Part shown: piece by piece, positions 52,767 through 62,766 of the stretch
Layout: every line of letters begins with the position of its first letter
Position numbering within the stretch: the stretch's first letter is position 1
NCBI GenBank assembly: GCA_963697895.1
Contig: OY969100.1
Span: 576,001 to 640,000, forward strand
Length of the DNA: 64,000 nucleotides
Source of the DNA: an uncultured Methanomicrobiales archaeon
GTDB lineage: Archaea > Halobacteriota > Methanomicrobia > Methanomicrobiales > Methanospirillaceae
Direction: 5' to 3'
The notes under the pieces: model-generated
Database searches by the model: none
Told to the model about the DNA's origin: nothing
What the model saw: only the letters and a program-made list of their open reading frames with translations
Translations under genes and position numbers: made by a program

Positions 52767-52810
52767 TCCGTGCAAATTATGTATTGGGATAATATCCGTT
52801 AACTTGCACG
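52767..52810. repeat. ~45-bp imperfect direct repeat, right copy; itself bounded by CGTGCAA/TTGCACG
   Basis: TCCGTGCAAATTATGTATTGGGATAATATCCGTTAACTTGCACG. Confidence 0.5.
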
Positions 52811-52834
52811 ATTAATCGGTATCCTCGCCCTGTG

Positions 52835-55177
52835 TCACACCGGTTCACTCTCCTCTTTGGGAATAACGGATGCAGTGCTATCAGCATCATGTTTAGGCTT
52901 TTCAAATCTCCCGATCACTGACAGGACTGCCGGCATTACGAATATGGCGCCGATGAGAGAGAAACCGACCGCAATCAGGGTTGTAATCCCGAAGTTGCTG
53001 ATGATGGGGAATGTGGCAAGGAGGAGTGCCGAGAACCCGAAAAAAGTCGCAAGACCGGAGACGGTGATTGCAGTGCCAATTTTCTGGACACTCTCATGGA
53101 TAGCGGAAAGGTTGTCCTGCAGGCGCTCCTTCTCTTCAGAGTAACGCTCCATCACGAGGATGGTATACTCGGCCGCGACACCAATCGTCATGGACCCCAG
53201 TGTTGCCGTAAGAGGGGTGTAAGGAATTTTTAAAAGGAACATGATCACGGCATTCCATCCCACGACAAAAATAATGGGAATCATGGGAGAGACTGCGTGG
53301 AGATGCCGGTATACCAGGATCAGGAAGATAAAGACAAGGAAAAATCCCAGGTAGGTCATCATTTCTTTCGATTTTGTCAGTGATGAGAGCATCCCGGTGA
53401 ACAGATCGAAACTGCCGGTTGGCGTTACCGTCATCCCGGCCGGGGGTTCGAGGAAGGCGATATCCCGGATCATCTGTTGCTTTAAGGAATCCATCCCCGT
53501 CATTTCGAGGTCGATGGTGCTGAATTTAATGACTGCAGTCATCGAACCGGTCATGTACTGTTTCCTGATATTCTCGGGGATCTTTTCCAGAGCCGCATCG
53601 AGTGATGCCTGATTTTCCGGCATCGTGCCGCCGTTATACGCACGGATATATGTGATAATACTGGTGGCCCCGGTCAGTTCATCATGATGTGAGAGTTCGT
53701 AATCCTGGAACTCATCAATCCACCTCACCGTATCGAGATCCGATACCGGGCCCTGGACATAGAAGTCTGCTGTACTGGTCGCTCCCAGGATACGGGTCAC
53801 CTTGTCGATATTGATCTTGGCCGGCATATCGGAGGGCACAAATGCGTTCTCGTTGGTCTGGACCGGGATGAGGGGATCGATCTGGAAACCGACGAATGCG
53901 ATGCATCCCGCAATAACGAGCAGAGGTATCGGATTTTTTGCAATCTTTACCGACATATCCGTGAGAAACTGCCCGTAGGAAAAGGATTTATTTTTCCTTT
54001 TTTTGCTATTCCGGCTCTTTTTCGGAGGATCCACGATTGAATCGCAGGCTTCCGTCCCTACTGCGTAACACTGGCCGGTTGCAGGTTCCTTGGGCTTATA
54101 TTTCAGGAGGAGGCCGAGCGTGGGCATGCCGATGCAGGAGACCCAGTAGGTGGTAAATATGCCGATAATGGCCACCAGGCCGAACGATCGGATCATGGGG
54201 ACGTCCGAGATGAACATTGCTAAAAATCCCATGCACGTGGCAAGCATCGCGTACAGGACGGCGGGGCCGGTCCGGGTAACGGTCTTGAACACCGCATCCT
54301 CAAGCGTTCCCTTCCGTGCCTCTTCGTCAAACCGGGCATGGAACTGGATCGCATAATCGATGCCGAGCCCGATCAGGACCGGAAAAGCGCCGATCACCGC
54401 CATATTCAACCCTACCCCGAAAAGGCCCATCAGTCCGAGGGACGTCGTGAGCCCGATTCCCACGAGCAGGACCGGCATGAACCGGTACCGGACATAGGCA
54501 AAGAGAATCCCCATCACGATGATCATCAGGATCATCGCCCCACCGATGAGCAGTCCCATATTCGCCACCAGGCCTTCCTGCATCTGCTGGGAAAACGCAG
54601 GCGAGCCGGATATTTCCACCTTTACTCCGGGAGGCCCTGGCGAGTAATCCACGATCGAATTCACATTGTCCAGTGCGGACTGCTTTGCCCCGGTCGACAG
54701 GCCTTCATCGAGCTGGATCTGGACGAGGGTCATAATATTCGACGGCACTACCATGGCGCGGATATCGGGGGGGAGCGAGGCGACGATCCGATCGACTTCT
54801 GCCGATGATGCAGGAAGCGTTCCTCCATTGGCGCTTTTTAAGACATCGACAATGCTGTTGGTCCCTTTGATATTTTGCTGCTGCCTGAAATCCGTTTCGA
54901 GATTGTCGATATATGCGAGGGTATCCGGGTTGAGCGGATCGGATGTTTCGATGATGAGGATGATCGAATCGGCCTGGAACTGATCCGAGTATTCGGAATA
55001 GATGATCCCTTTTTGTGAATTTTTATCAAGGTAGGTCTCCGATCCGGTCTGCATGGAGAGCTGAGTCATGCCAAAGACGGCGACACAGAAGATGACACAA
55101 ACCAGCGCTGCAACCAGCAGCGGCCTCCGGTTGATCGTTCGCGCGATGCCTTCAAAGATGGTTGCTATGATTCCCAT
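52835..55177 (-). CDS. RND/MMPL-superfamily exporter (archaeal HAE3 type)
   Basis: Two TM repeats, GLGIDYAIQF and TIGVAAEY motifs, large extracytoplasmic loops. Confidence 0.9.
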   Translation of the reverse strand: MGIIATIFEGIARTINRRPLLVAALVCVIFCVAVFGMTQLSMQTGSETYLDKNSQKGIIYSEYSDQFQADSIILIIETSDPLNPDTLAYIDNLETDFRQQQNIKGTNSIVDVLKSANGGTLPASSAEVDRIVASLPPDIRAMVVPSNIMTLVQIQLDEGLSTGAKQSALDNVNSIVDYSPGPPGVKVEISGSPAFSQQMQEGLVANMGLLIGGAMILMIIVMGILFAYVRYRFMPVLLVGIGLTTSLGLMGLFGVGLNMAVIGAFPVLIGLGIDYAIQFHARFDEEARKGTLEDAVFKTVTRTGPAVLYAMLATCMGFLAMFISDVPMIRSFGLVAIIGIFTTYWVSCIGMPTLGLLLKYKPKEPATGQCYAVGTEACDSIVDPPKKSRNSKKRKNKSFSYGQFLTDMSVKIAKNPIPLLVIAGCIAFVGFQIDPLIPVQTNENAFVPSDMPAKINIDKVTRILGATSTADFYVQGPVSDLDTVRWIDEFQDYELSHHDELTGATSIITYIRAYNGGTMPENQASLDAALEKIPENIRKQYMTGSMTAVIKFSTIDLEMTGMDSLKQQMIRDIAFLEPPAGMTVTPTGSFDLFTGMLSSLTKSKEMMTYLGFFLVFIFLILVYRHLHAVSPMIPIIFVVGWNAVIMFLLKIPYTPLTATLGSMTIGVAAEYTILVMERYSEEKERLQDNLSAIHESVQKIGTAITVSGLATFFGFSALLLATFPIISNFGITTLIAVGFSLIGAIFVMPAVLSVIGRFEKPKHDADSTASVIPKEESEPV

Positions 55178-55273
55178 TCATGAGTCCCCTGCTGTATGTA
55201 TCGCTCGCGTTTTATCTTATTTGAGCACCATAGTATTCAGATTTAAATTTCCGCCCGGATGGGCGGCATTTAT

Positions 55274-56650
55274 CTAGGAGCGATCCCGACGCCGCCGCCA
55301 GAGCCAGTACCCGCTTCCCAGGATACCTACTGCTATAATGCCCAGGACAAGAGGATTTACCAGTATCGTCGCAATACCGGAATCTTTGACCACGGTTATC
55401 CGGAGTTTGAAGGGGTCGGATACCACGCTGTTGTCCAGGGCGTCCCTGAACCGTACCTCCGAATCAAGCCCGTATTCCTTTGGGGTCGCCGCTCCATCGA
55501 CAGAGATATCAAAGGACGCCTCCTTCGTCTCCCCCGGTGCGAGGGTGCCCAGATATGCGGTGTCATCACTGCTGGTGAACGGGTCGACGGCACTGATGCG
55601 GGCCTGGGCGCTGTAGACGGTGGCACCGCCGGTGTTCTGGTATTGAACGGTAATTATCTTTTTCTGGCCCGGCGAGACTTCAATAGGACCGGAAAGGACG
55701 GTAAATGCCACCTTTTCACCGACCGGAATTCCGATGGTCGTTGGGTCGGTATCGACCACATCTCCTTCCCCATTCTCGTAGTTGATGTATACATCAAGCG
55801 GATAGGTTTTGCTCTCGGCATCCTTGTTCACGGAGATCTTAAATTGAGTCGTTACCTCCGCCCCTTGCGGGAAATCACCGATATACGTGCTGCTGTCCGT
55901 CGGGATGACAGGGCTGTTGTCATTGCGGGCGATCTTCAGGATTGCTTTTTTCCCGTCTTCCTGCCCGGTGTTTTGTATCACGAGGTTCAGGTACCCTTCC
56001 GTTCCTGCATTCATATATTCTGTATCGGATGATATAATGGAGAACTGAAGTTCCTGCCTGATTTTGACCGGGAGCAGGAGCGTCTCATTCACTGTCCGGT
56101 ACATATACTGGATGCTGTCCGTCCCGTACTGATCTGCCTCCCACAGGTAGGTGTACCGGATGTTAAGGGGAAGATCATAGGTGCCGAATGTCGCATTCCG
56201 GGGGATTTTTACATCAAACTTCACCAGGGTGCTGCTTCCACCCGTGATGTCTCCTATCATCTGGGGATCGCTTTTTATGACGAGTGGGGAGTCTCCTGAA
56301 CCCAACGCCAGGGTTACCAGCTTGGCAGTATTCGGCAGGTCATCCCGGTCGATTATACCTGACTGGACGAATTTAAATTCGTTGAGTCCGTTATTCTGGA
56401 GCCGCACCGAGATGACCGCATCGTCGCCCGGCACGAATTCATTCGTTCCCGAGACGGCTGCAGTAGACTCGGGTGAGCCGGCCATGTATTTTACACCGGC
56501 ACTTGCGGGGGAGATCACGATGAATGCAAGTACGATCGAGATGAGGATTCCGAACCCCAAAAGTCTGTACCGTGAACCTGGTCTGGTGTTGCCGGGAAAT
56601 AAAGTCTGATTGAGGGCATTTGATCCCGTTGTTTTCTCTTTTCTGAACAT
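55274..56650 (-). CDS. COG1361 S-layer family protein
   Basis: Signal peptide, three beta-sandwich repeats (QNTG, YLGTLAPGE), C-terminal TM-RRRR; upstream of the RND exporter. Confidence 0.85.
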   Translation of the reverse strand: MFRKEKTTGSNALNQTLFPGNTRPGSRYRLLGFGILISIVLAFIVISPASAGVKYMAGSPESTAAVSGTNEFVPGDDAVISVRLQNNGLNEFKFVQSGIIDRDDLPNTAKLVTLALGSGDSPLVIKSDPQMIGDITGGSSTLVKFDVKIPRNATFGTYDLPLNIRYTYLWEADQYGTDSIQYMYRTVNETLLLPVKIRQELQFSIISSDTEYMNAGTEGYLNLVIQNTGQEDGKKAILKIARNDNSPVIPTDSSTYIGDFPQGAEVTTQFKISVNKDAESKTYPLDVYINYENGEGDVVDTDPTTIGIPVGEKVAFTVLSGPIEVSPGQKKIITVQYQNTGGATVYSAQARISAVDPFTSSDDTAYLGTLAPGETKEASFDISVDGAATPKEYGLDSEVRFRDALDNSVVSDPFKLRITVVKDSGIATILVNPLVLGIIAVGILGSGYWLWRRRRDRS

Positions 56651-56785
56651 CTTTGCATCCTCTTGGAGTAATAAAAATTTTTACTACTAATGTATCTACC
56701 CATGTTTGCTGGGAACTTTAAAAAAAGTATCTGTGGTTAAAGTAAAAGTTATCAATCTGATCAGGATGGAGATGAGGATCTTACT

Positions 56786-57080
56786 GAAGATCCTTTTCGT
56801 GCTGCGCCAGGAACCCTGTATCTCCCCGAAAACGGCCCCAAAAGACGCCTCGCCCCTGTGGTATCGGGGGTATATCTTTTATCGGATGGTCTGCGATATC
56901 CCCGATTTTATCCTCGTGCTGAAGGGGCGCTATTTAGCACGTTTTTGGGCGGCGATTATCGTTTATTTTCGTTAAAGGGCGGATTGTATCGATGATTTTG
57001 AGGGCGGTGTTCAGGGGTTTTCTGAGAGGGGGATAGAGACTCCATATTTTCGGGAAAATACGCCCGAATCTGGGTTATTT
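56786..57080. repeat. ~300-bp dispersed non-coding element, copy 4 (left border of the AT-rich island)
   Basis: GAAGATCC 56786, GGATGG 56884, GATATC 56895, TAGCAC 56935, GATTGTATCGAT 56982, GTGTTCAGG 57007, GGGTTATTT 57072. Confidence 0.9.
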
Positions 57081-57211
57081 GGATATAATAAGAGCAATAT
57101 CTATTAAGAAGTGAGGGTTCCTATTAAAGCTGTTTAGAAGTTTTTTGTTGAAGAAGAAGAGGAAAATCGTACAAAATAAAATAATAAATGCGATGATATT
57201 ACATTCTTATG

Positions 57212-57712
57212 TCATTTACTCTTTCCGTTTGTTGATTTTAATAAGTTATTCAGTTCTTTTTCTATTATTTCATCAGTTACTCCATATTGCCTTTCCAAAT
57301 TACGACATATTTCTGTGAGTTGAGTGTCAACACTTTCAAGTGATAAATTTATTTCTTCAAGTTCTTCTACCATAAATTCTCGTCCATCTTCAGTATTCAT
57401 CTGGATTGCTCGATCCCAAAAATAATGATGTGTAAGCCAATTTCTTTTGTCCAAAGCTTCTCGTATTGTTACTTCAAATTTATCGGAAATCTCTATTTTT
57501 TGGGTTAAATGTTTAATTAAATGACCTAATGTTTTATGGAAATAAGAATTTAGTAAAATATCATATGAGAGGTGAATCTCTTTGTCGCGTTCTTGAAAAT
57601 CTAATATTATTAAAAGAATCCCCAGCTGACGTTCAATACATTGGTTAAAATAGATTGCACTACCGAATAGAGCATAAATTTCTTTTATTTCCTCTTCAAC
57701 ATGGGAATTCAT
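57212..57712 (-). CDS. hypothetical helical protein with HEPN-like RxxxxH motif
   Basis: TLGHLI...ALDKRNWLTHHYF. Confidence 0.65.
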   Translation of the reverse strand: MNSHVEEEIKEIYALFGSAIYFNQCIERQLGILLIILDFQERDKEIHLSYDILLNSYFHKTLGHLIKHLTQKIEISDKFEVTIREALDKRNWLTHHYFWDRAIQMNTEDGREFMVEELEEINLSLESVDTQLTEICRNLERQYGVTDEIIEKELNNLLKSTNGKSK

Positions 57713-57910
57713 GAATATTAGAGTATTATGGCAGACTAATATTTTTTTGGGTGATGCTTACTTATGGGATTCATATCTTAATCGAAACGAACCCGTCTGT
57801 ATTATTTCACCAATCGAAAGTAAGTTTAGGGTATTATTGATTGGCAAGATCTGATCCATTTTTTTCTCAACCTGAATTCTTTTGTAAATACGAGATTACA
57901 TTTTGTTTAT

Positions 57911-59575
57911 TCATCTCGATCGTAGTTTGTCAATTGTTTTTTTGATTTCTTTCGGGATACAGTTTGTTTTAATCATTTCCTTTGCAACATACTTTCCTAT
58001 TCGGGGTTTACTATTACCAACTACTTTTTGAGCATCTTGCCGGAGGGTTTCTGGAAGGATTGCCTCAAAGTCTTGTTTTAAAATATAAGTTTTTTCTCTC
58101 CGATATTTGATTGGAATTTTTCTTAATTCTTCTTCTGCATCGCCATCTGCAAGCATTAAATATGGAATTTGAAAACTCTCACACAATTGTGCAAAAATGG
58201 AAAAGTTCGATTTTCCATTTACGTTTATAATACTGATTCCATTTTCATCAAATGGATACCACAATTTTTTTGCAAAAATAGGGATTGCTCCATACTCAGT
58301 TGGTCCCTCAACAAGCAAAACTTTTCGAGCAAAAAACAATTCTCTACTATCAACATCTAATAAATGTTCAAATTTTAAATAATCAATATCATTGAAAAAT
58401 TTATCCGGCAATGTAAAGATTTTTGTTTGAGCATTTTCCTGAACGAATCTAAATATTTTATGGGTCTTATCAATCTTTATAAAATAGGGTGAGTGAGTTA
58501 TGAGTATTATTTGCATATCTTTAGATTCATCGATAACTGCTGCCAAACTTCGCGCCGCATGAGGATGCAAATGGAGCTCCGGATGATCTACAATGATTAT
58601 CTTTCCCTTATGTGCGATTATATGCGTTATCAGGAGTAAGGATTCCAATATCCCTGCACCAATAAAATACGTTGTCGATTCCACACCGGATTTTTGTGTA
58701 TGGATTTTAATTTCATCATTTTCTTTTATGACATCTAATTCGAGATTTGAGAATATTTTGTGAAATTTTTCTCGTATCTTTTCAAATTTTTGTTTGTCTT
58801 TGGGGCGTCCGTTTTTTAAATTAAATAAGATGCTTGCTAGACTTCCGCCTGTTGGCGACACCAATGACGGATTCAATTCTTGATCGGGTTTTTCACGATA
58901 CTCATCGATAGAAATAATATTTTCCTTTAGAAAATTAAGAAACAATTTAGGAATGGGTTTTTCAAATAAGATTTGGACAGATGATATATCAATTTTTGAT
59001 GCGATTCGATCCTCCTCCAATTTTTTAGATTCTTCCCACTTCAAAAAAAATAGATCTCTAATTGATTTTTCGAATGATTCAATTCTTCCAAGATTAACTA
59101 ATTCTCTCCAAATAACACCATACTGAGCTTTGACGACTTCCGCATCACCTACAGTACCAGAGTTATTTATTATACGCATTTTTCCGAGAATAAAATGCGA
59201 GTCTGGTCGATCCGTTGGAGTCTTAATCAATATCTTATAAAATAATTGATTAGAGAATAATTTTTTAAATTCTTCATTTGATACGTTTATCGGCTCAAAA
59301 AAGGTTTTAATCTTAGATATTTCGTCATCGTTAAAAAGAATATTTAAGGAAAATTCAATGGTCTTGTTTTGATCGCTTTTATACCAATTTTCAGCATCCC
59401 ATGGAATTGACGAATCGACATCCAAATTTATCATCATTTTAATTGCTTCAAAAATGGATGATTTTCCTACATTGTTTTCCCCAATAAAAATTGTAGAGCC
59501 TAAGGGTAATGAAAATTCCAGTCCTTTCTCCCCAATCGATCGAAAATTTTTAATGAATATCTTTTGTATTTGCAT
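57911..59575 (-). CDS. OLD-family ATP-dependent nuclease (ABC-type ATPase plus TOPRIM)
   Basis: IKNFRSI, Walker A GENNVGKS, Walker B region IIIVDHPELHLHP, ITHSP, TOPRIM LLVEGPTE...GK...ADGD. Confidence 0.88.
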   Translation of the reverse strand: MQIQKIFIKNFRSIGEKGLEFSLPLGSTIFIGENNVGKSSIFEAIKMMINLDVDSSIPWDAENWYKSDQNKTIEFSLNILFNDDEISKIKTFFEPINVSNEEFKKLFSNQLFYKILIKTPTDRPDSHFILGKMRIINNSGTVGDAEVVKAQYGVIWRELVNLGRIESFEKSIRDLFFLKWEESKKLEEDRIASKIDISSVQILFEKPIPKLFLNFLKENIISIDEYREKPDQELNPSLVSPTGGSLASILFNLKNGRPKDKQKFEKIREKFHKIFSNLELDVIKENDEIKIHTQKSGVESTTYFIGAGILESLLLITHIIAHKGKIIIVDHPELHLHPHAARSLAAVIDESKDMQIILITHSPYFIKIDKTHKIFRFVQENAQTKIFTLPDKFFNDIDYLKFEHLLDVDSRELFFARKVLLVEGPTEYGAIPIFAKKLWYPFDENGISIINVNGKSNFSIFAQLCESFQIPYLMLADGDAEEELRKIPIKYRREKTYILKQDFEAILPETLRQDAQKVVGNSKPRIGKYVAKEMIKTNCIPKEIKKTIDKLRSR

Positions 59576-59749
59576 TAAACGTCGTTTCCCTGTTCAGTTA
59601 TTGCTTCGTCATTCCTTATTTTTATTTGCCTGCCTGGACTGTCGCCATCCGATAGCAATTGTATTTGTAGAACACCATTTTACAAAAGAATCAGAAATAC
59701 ATTAAATAATAAAAAAATGGATAGAAATGATAAATAATGAAAGTTATCG

Positions 59750-61024
59750 GTGATTTTGATGGGGGTTAAACGTGATGATTTAGTAAAGGAACTATTATCT
59801 ACCTTGGAATTTAGTGCGAAAGGTGTAATAATCAAAGGAGCTGAAAATGTAGCATCATATCAAATACTGTCGAATTCTCTAATGTCTGAATTAATTAGGG
59901 ATGGTTATGATGGAAAATTAAATAGAATTCGTTACAAACTACCAGTACCTCGGGGATCTAATATTTCTTTTCCCTTTATATCTTCTTTGAGAAAGTTGCA
60001 TGAAAGTGGCAATCAATCTTATTCTCATCTTAAGGGTTTAATTGATGAGGAAATCTCACAAATCGAAGTTAATGTTCCTATTGAAAAATTCTCTATTTAT
60101 TTTCAAATTGGAGTTACTTTCGATACAAAATTAAAACCGGTAATAATTCAGGACACTTCATTCAATATTTTACAGTTCCAAGATCTTGAACAATTAATGA
60201 AAGATCCAGAATTAATAAGCAAAACAGCAGAAATTATGAAGTCAGAAGGATTCGATATCATCTTTAAGGACTTTTCATATCTGTTTACGGAAATCTATGC
60301 AAGAAATGAAGATTATGCAATTGCACATACTCTTGAAAATGCAAATTCATTAGTATCAATTTTAACATATCAGAAATATTGGAATCAAGAATCAATCACT
60401 GCTTTAGGAATTCCTTCTTCGTATACAAATTTAGATATAAATGCGATTTTCGTTTTTAAAGATTCGAAGTTCATTAATATTCATTATACACCCTCTACTT
60501 CAAAAATGACCAACATATCATTTAACAACAGTGAAATTAAAAAAATAGAGGAATTTAATAATAGATTACAAAATGCTCATGACAAAAATAAAGATATTAT
60601 CCTTCAAGCTTTGAATGTTTATCATATAGGTCTAACCGAAGAACGCATGGGGATCGCTCTTTTTAATTTCTGGGTTGCCATTGAGAAGATATGCCTTAAA
60701 AATGAAAGCATAACGGAAAATGAAGTTAAAAAACGTGTCTCCACCTTTTTAAATCCTGATGATGAATACCCATTAGACCGACTTTATGAACTTCGGAATC
60801 AAATTGCGCATCACTCTGCTTATGAATTGGTAAATCAATATGATCGAAATTTAATAAAGCTAATATCTGGTATCTCAATTCATTTCTTTTTAATATATTT
60901 GGCACAATTTCATCCACAGGAAATACAAAAAATATTTGTTTTTTTAAAGGATGATAATTCTCAACTTATTAGAGATAAAGAATATATTGATTATATTTTA
61001 AAAATTAGAAAAAACCATCGATAA
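59750..61024 (+). CDS. C-terminal HEPN-domain protein (ApeA-like architecture)
   Basis: ALFNFWVAIEKIC helix followed by LYELRNQIAHH (RxxxxH). Confidence 0.7.
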   Translation: MILMGVKRDDLVKELLSTLEFSAKGVIIKGAENVASYQILSNSLMSELIRDGYDGKLNRIRYKLPVPRGSNISFPFISSLRKLHESGNQSYSHLKGLIDEEISQIEVNVPIEKFSIYFQIGVTFDTKLKPVIIQDTSFNILQFQDLEQLMKDPELISKTAEIMKSEGFDIIFKDFSYLFTEIYARNEDYAIAHTLENANSLVSILTYQKYWNQESITALGIPSSYTNLDINAIFVFKDSKFINIHYTPSTSKMTNISFNNSEIKKIEEFNNRLQNAHDKNKDIILQALNVYHIGLTEERMGIALFNFWVAIEKICLKNESITENEVKKRVSTFLNPDDEYPLDRLYELRNQIAHHSAYELVNQYDRNLIKLISGISIHFFLIYLAQFHPQEIQKIFVFLKDDNSQLIRDKEYIDYILKIRKNHR

Positions 61025-61171
61025 AAAGTTTTCTTTTGCGATTAATATTATTCAAAATTGAGTATGTTGTTAGAAAGATGTCTCGAAGTAATAAAGGGCA
61101 GGCATGTCATTTTTTATTCATATTTAATGGAGCATAAAAATATTGGATTATACATAAATAATACGTATAAA

Positions 61172-61440
61172 CGGGATCATTCGGATTATCCCGAATCGGC
61201 CTAAACAATCCTTCTTTGCGGTTTTGGAGGCCGTAATTTTTATCGGATGTTCTATGATATTCCTGATTTCACCCTCGTGCTGGAGGAGCGCTAGTAAGCA
61301 CCTTTTTAGGCAGCGATTGTCATTCTTTTTGGTTAAAGGAAGGATTATATCGTTGATTTTGAGAGCGTGTTCAGGGGTTTCCGGGTAGAGGCAAGGTAAT
61401 ACCCATTTTTTGGAAAAATACGGTGAAAAAAGCATTTCGG
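61172..61440. repeat. ~300-bp dispersed non-coding element, copy 5 (inside the island, ends more diverged)
   Basis: GGATGT 61245, GATATT 61256, AAGCAC 61296, GATTATATCGTT 61343, GTGTTCAGG 61367, TTTTTGGAAAAATAC ~61407. Confidence 0.85.
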
Positions 61441-61471
61441 ATTTGATGAGGGGGTTAGCCCGTCACTAAAT

Positions 61472-61969
61472 TTAATTAATAATATATACTATTATTGATA
61501 TTAATAAAATACCCATCCAAAATATTGGGAGGATCGATGAAAAAATCAGAATCGAATCTCTAACAGAAACATACCCCTCTTTTTTCCATTTCATTTTTAT
61601 ATTTGGATCCGTCGAAGAATGCTCGCGGAAAATATTTATATCCCCAATTGCGGATTCTTCTATTATTGCCAAGTCCTTTTCCCAATGAGATACCCACCAA
61701 CTGCCTCCTTTAGCGATAATATAGAGTATAATTGAAGAGAAAATGCCAAAAAAAATGATCATTAAATAAAGAATGAAATATTGCATAAGCAGTTCTCTAA
61801 ATGCACCAGCCACTACTGCTAACAATACACTTTGAAAAACCAAAAGCAAGTTTATTCGTGTCCACATCAACGTATTGTCCAAGTCTCGAAGTTGGAGCAA
61901 TTTATCATAAGCGAATCGGGCGTCTTTATGGTTATTTTCATTTAAATTATCAGAATTTTCTGTACTCAT
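61472..61969 (-). CDS. small 3-TM membrane protein
   Basis: WTRINLLLVFQSVLL TM1, TM2, amphipathic WVSHWEKDLAIIE, TM3. Confidence 0.7.
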   Translation of the reverse strand: MSTENSDNLNENNHKDARFAYDKLLQLRDLDNTLMWTRINLLLVFQSVLLAVVAGAFRELLMQYFILYLMIIFFGIFSSIILYIIAKGGSWWVSHWEKDLAIIEESAIGDINIFREHSSTDPNIKMKWKKEGYVSVRDSILIFSSILPIFWMGILLISIIVYIIN

Positions 61970-61985
61970 ATTTTTTAATCATTCA

Positions 61986-62371
61986 TTATCCCATTAATTT
62001 TATCGTATTATTCTCAATAAGGAACGGAGTTCGTAATCCCGAAGCTCGGGGAAAGGAAAGGAACGCGCCTGATTTAGATTTCTTTCCCCAAGAGAAACAA
62101 CATTTTCTTTCGAACTTCAGAATCGTCATTACTGCTTTTAATAAATTAAAAGCCCTTTGAATAATCATTTAAGCATTTTTTCATGTTTGAATATATCCGT
62201 TAAACTTTTTGCTGAAAATTCATCTTTCTTATTAATAATCGTTATTTGACTTATATTATAAGAATTGAAATTTGAGATATAAGTATTATTTCCGCAGGTG
62301 CAATTGACATTTTCATTTATTGTTGGGGCGTTATATAGCACTTCAAAATTATATAGACTATACCCAACCAA
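61986..62371 (-). pseudogene. fragmented AT-rich ORF(s)
   Basis: Two short overlapping ORFs (62165..62371 and 61986..62168), no recognisable motif. Confidence 0.3.
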
Positions 62372-62538
62372 AACCAGAAGTACTAATAGATGATTTGATT
62401 TGGTGGTATTCTGGTGAAACTGAATTTGAACATAAATCTATGCCAGAACGCGAAAGATATGGTATTTGGGAGAAGCACTTCATACCTGCATGGATGCCTT
62501 TAAGGGAAAATCTTTTGAATTAAAGCAATAAAATATTA

Positions 62539-62766
62539 TTAAAAAAATTCGTCTTTTTGTAAAACAAAAATTGAATAAATTATTGTTACGCTTGGTATTG
62601 TGGCAATAAGGGTCAAGGCCAAAAGAATTCTCGCAAATTCAGGATCGAAGTCACTAAAATAATAAGAAAACAATCCGAAAAATACGCCTAATATTGGAAT
62701 TGCAGCTAAAATATAAAAAGAATTGTTAAATTGATGCTCTCTTGGGGTCATCCTGATTATCGTCAT
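62539..62766 (-). CDS. small 2-TM membrane protein (possibly the continuation of the upstream gene)
   Basis: Two hydrophobic helices; overlaps the end of 62726..63616. Confidence 0.45.
   Translation of the reverse strand: MTIIRMTPREHQFNNSFYILAAIPILGVFFGLFSYYFSDFDPEFARILLALTLIATIPSVTIIYSIFVLQKDEFF

Noticed and set aside
483-56609. Numerous antisense and overlapping ORFs in the track (e.g. 483..992, 1134..1844, 2642..3442, 55259..56032)
   Set aside because: They are shadows of well-supported genes on the other strand or frame and carry no motifs.
57911-59575. Gabija system
   Set aside because: No GajB/UvrD helicase adjacent.
34351-61435. ORFs overlapping the repeat copies (34351..34602, 42908..43186, 48353..48658, 56706..56975, 61148..61435)
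   Set aside because: They use different frames and strands, stops differ between copies, and substitutions are not confined to third codon positions, so there is no conserved protein.
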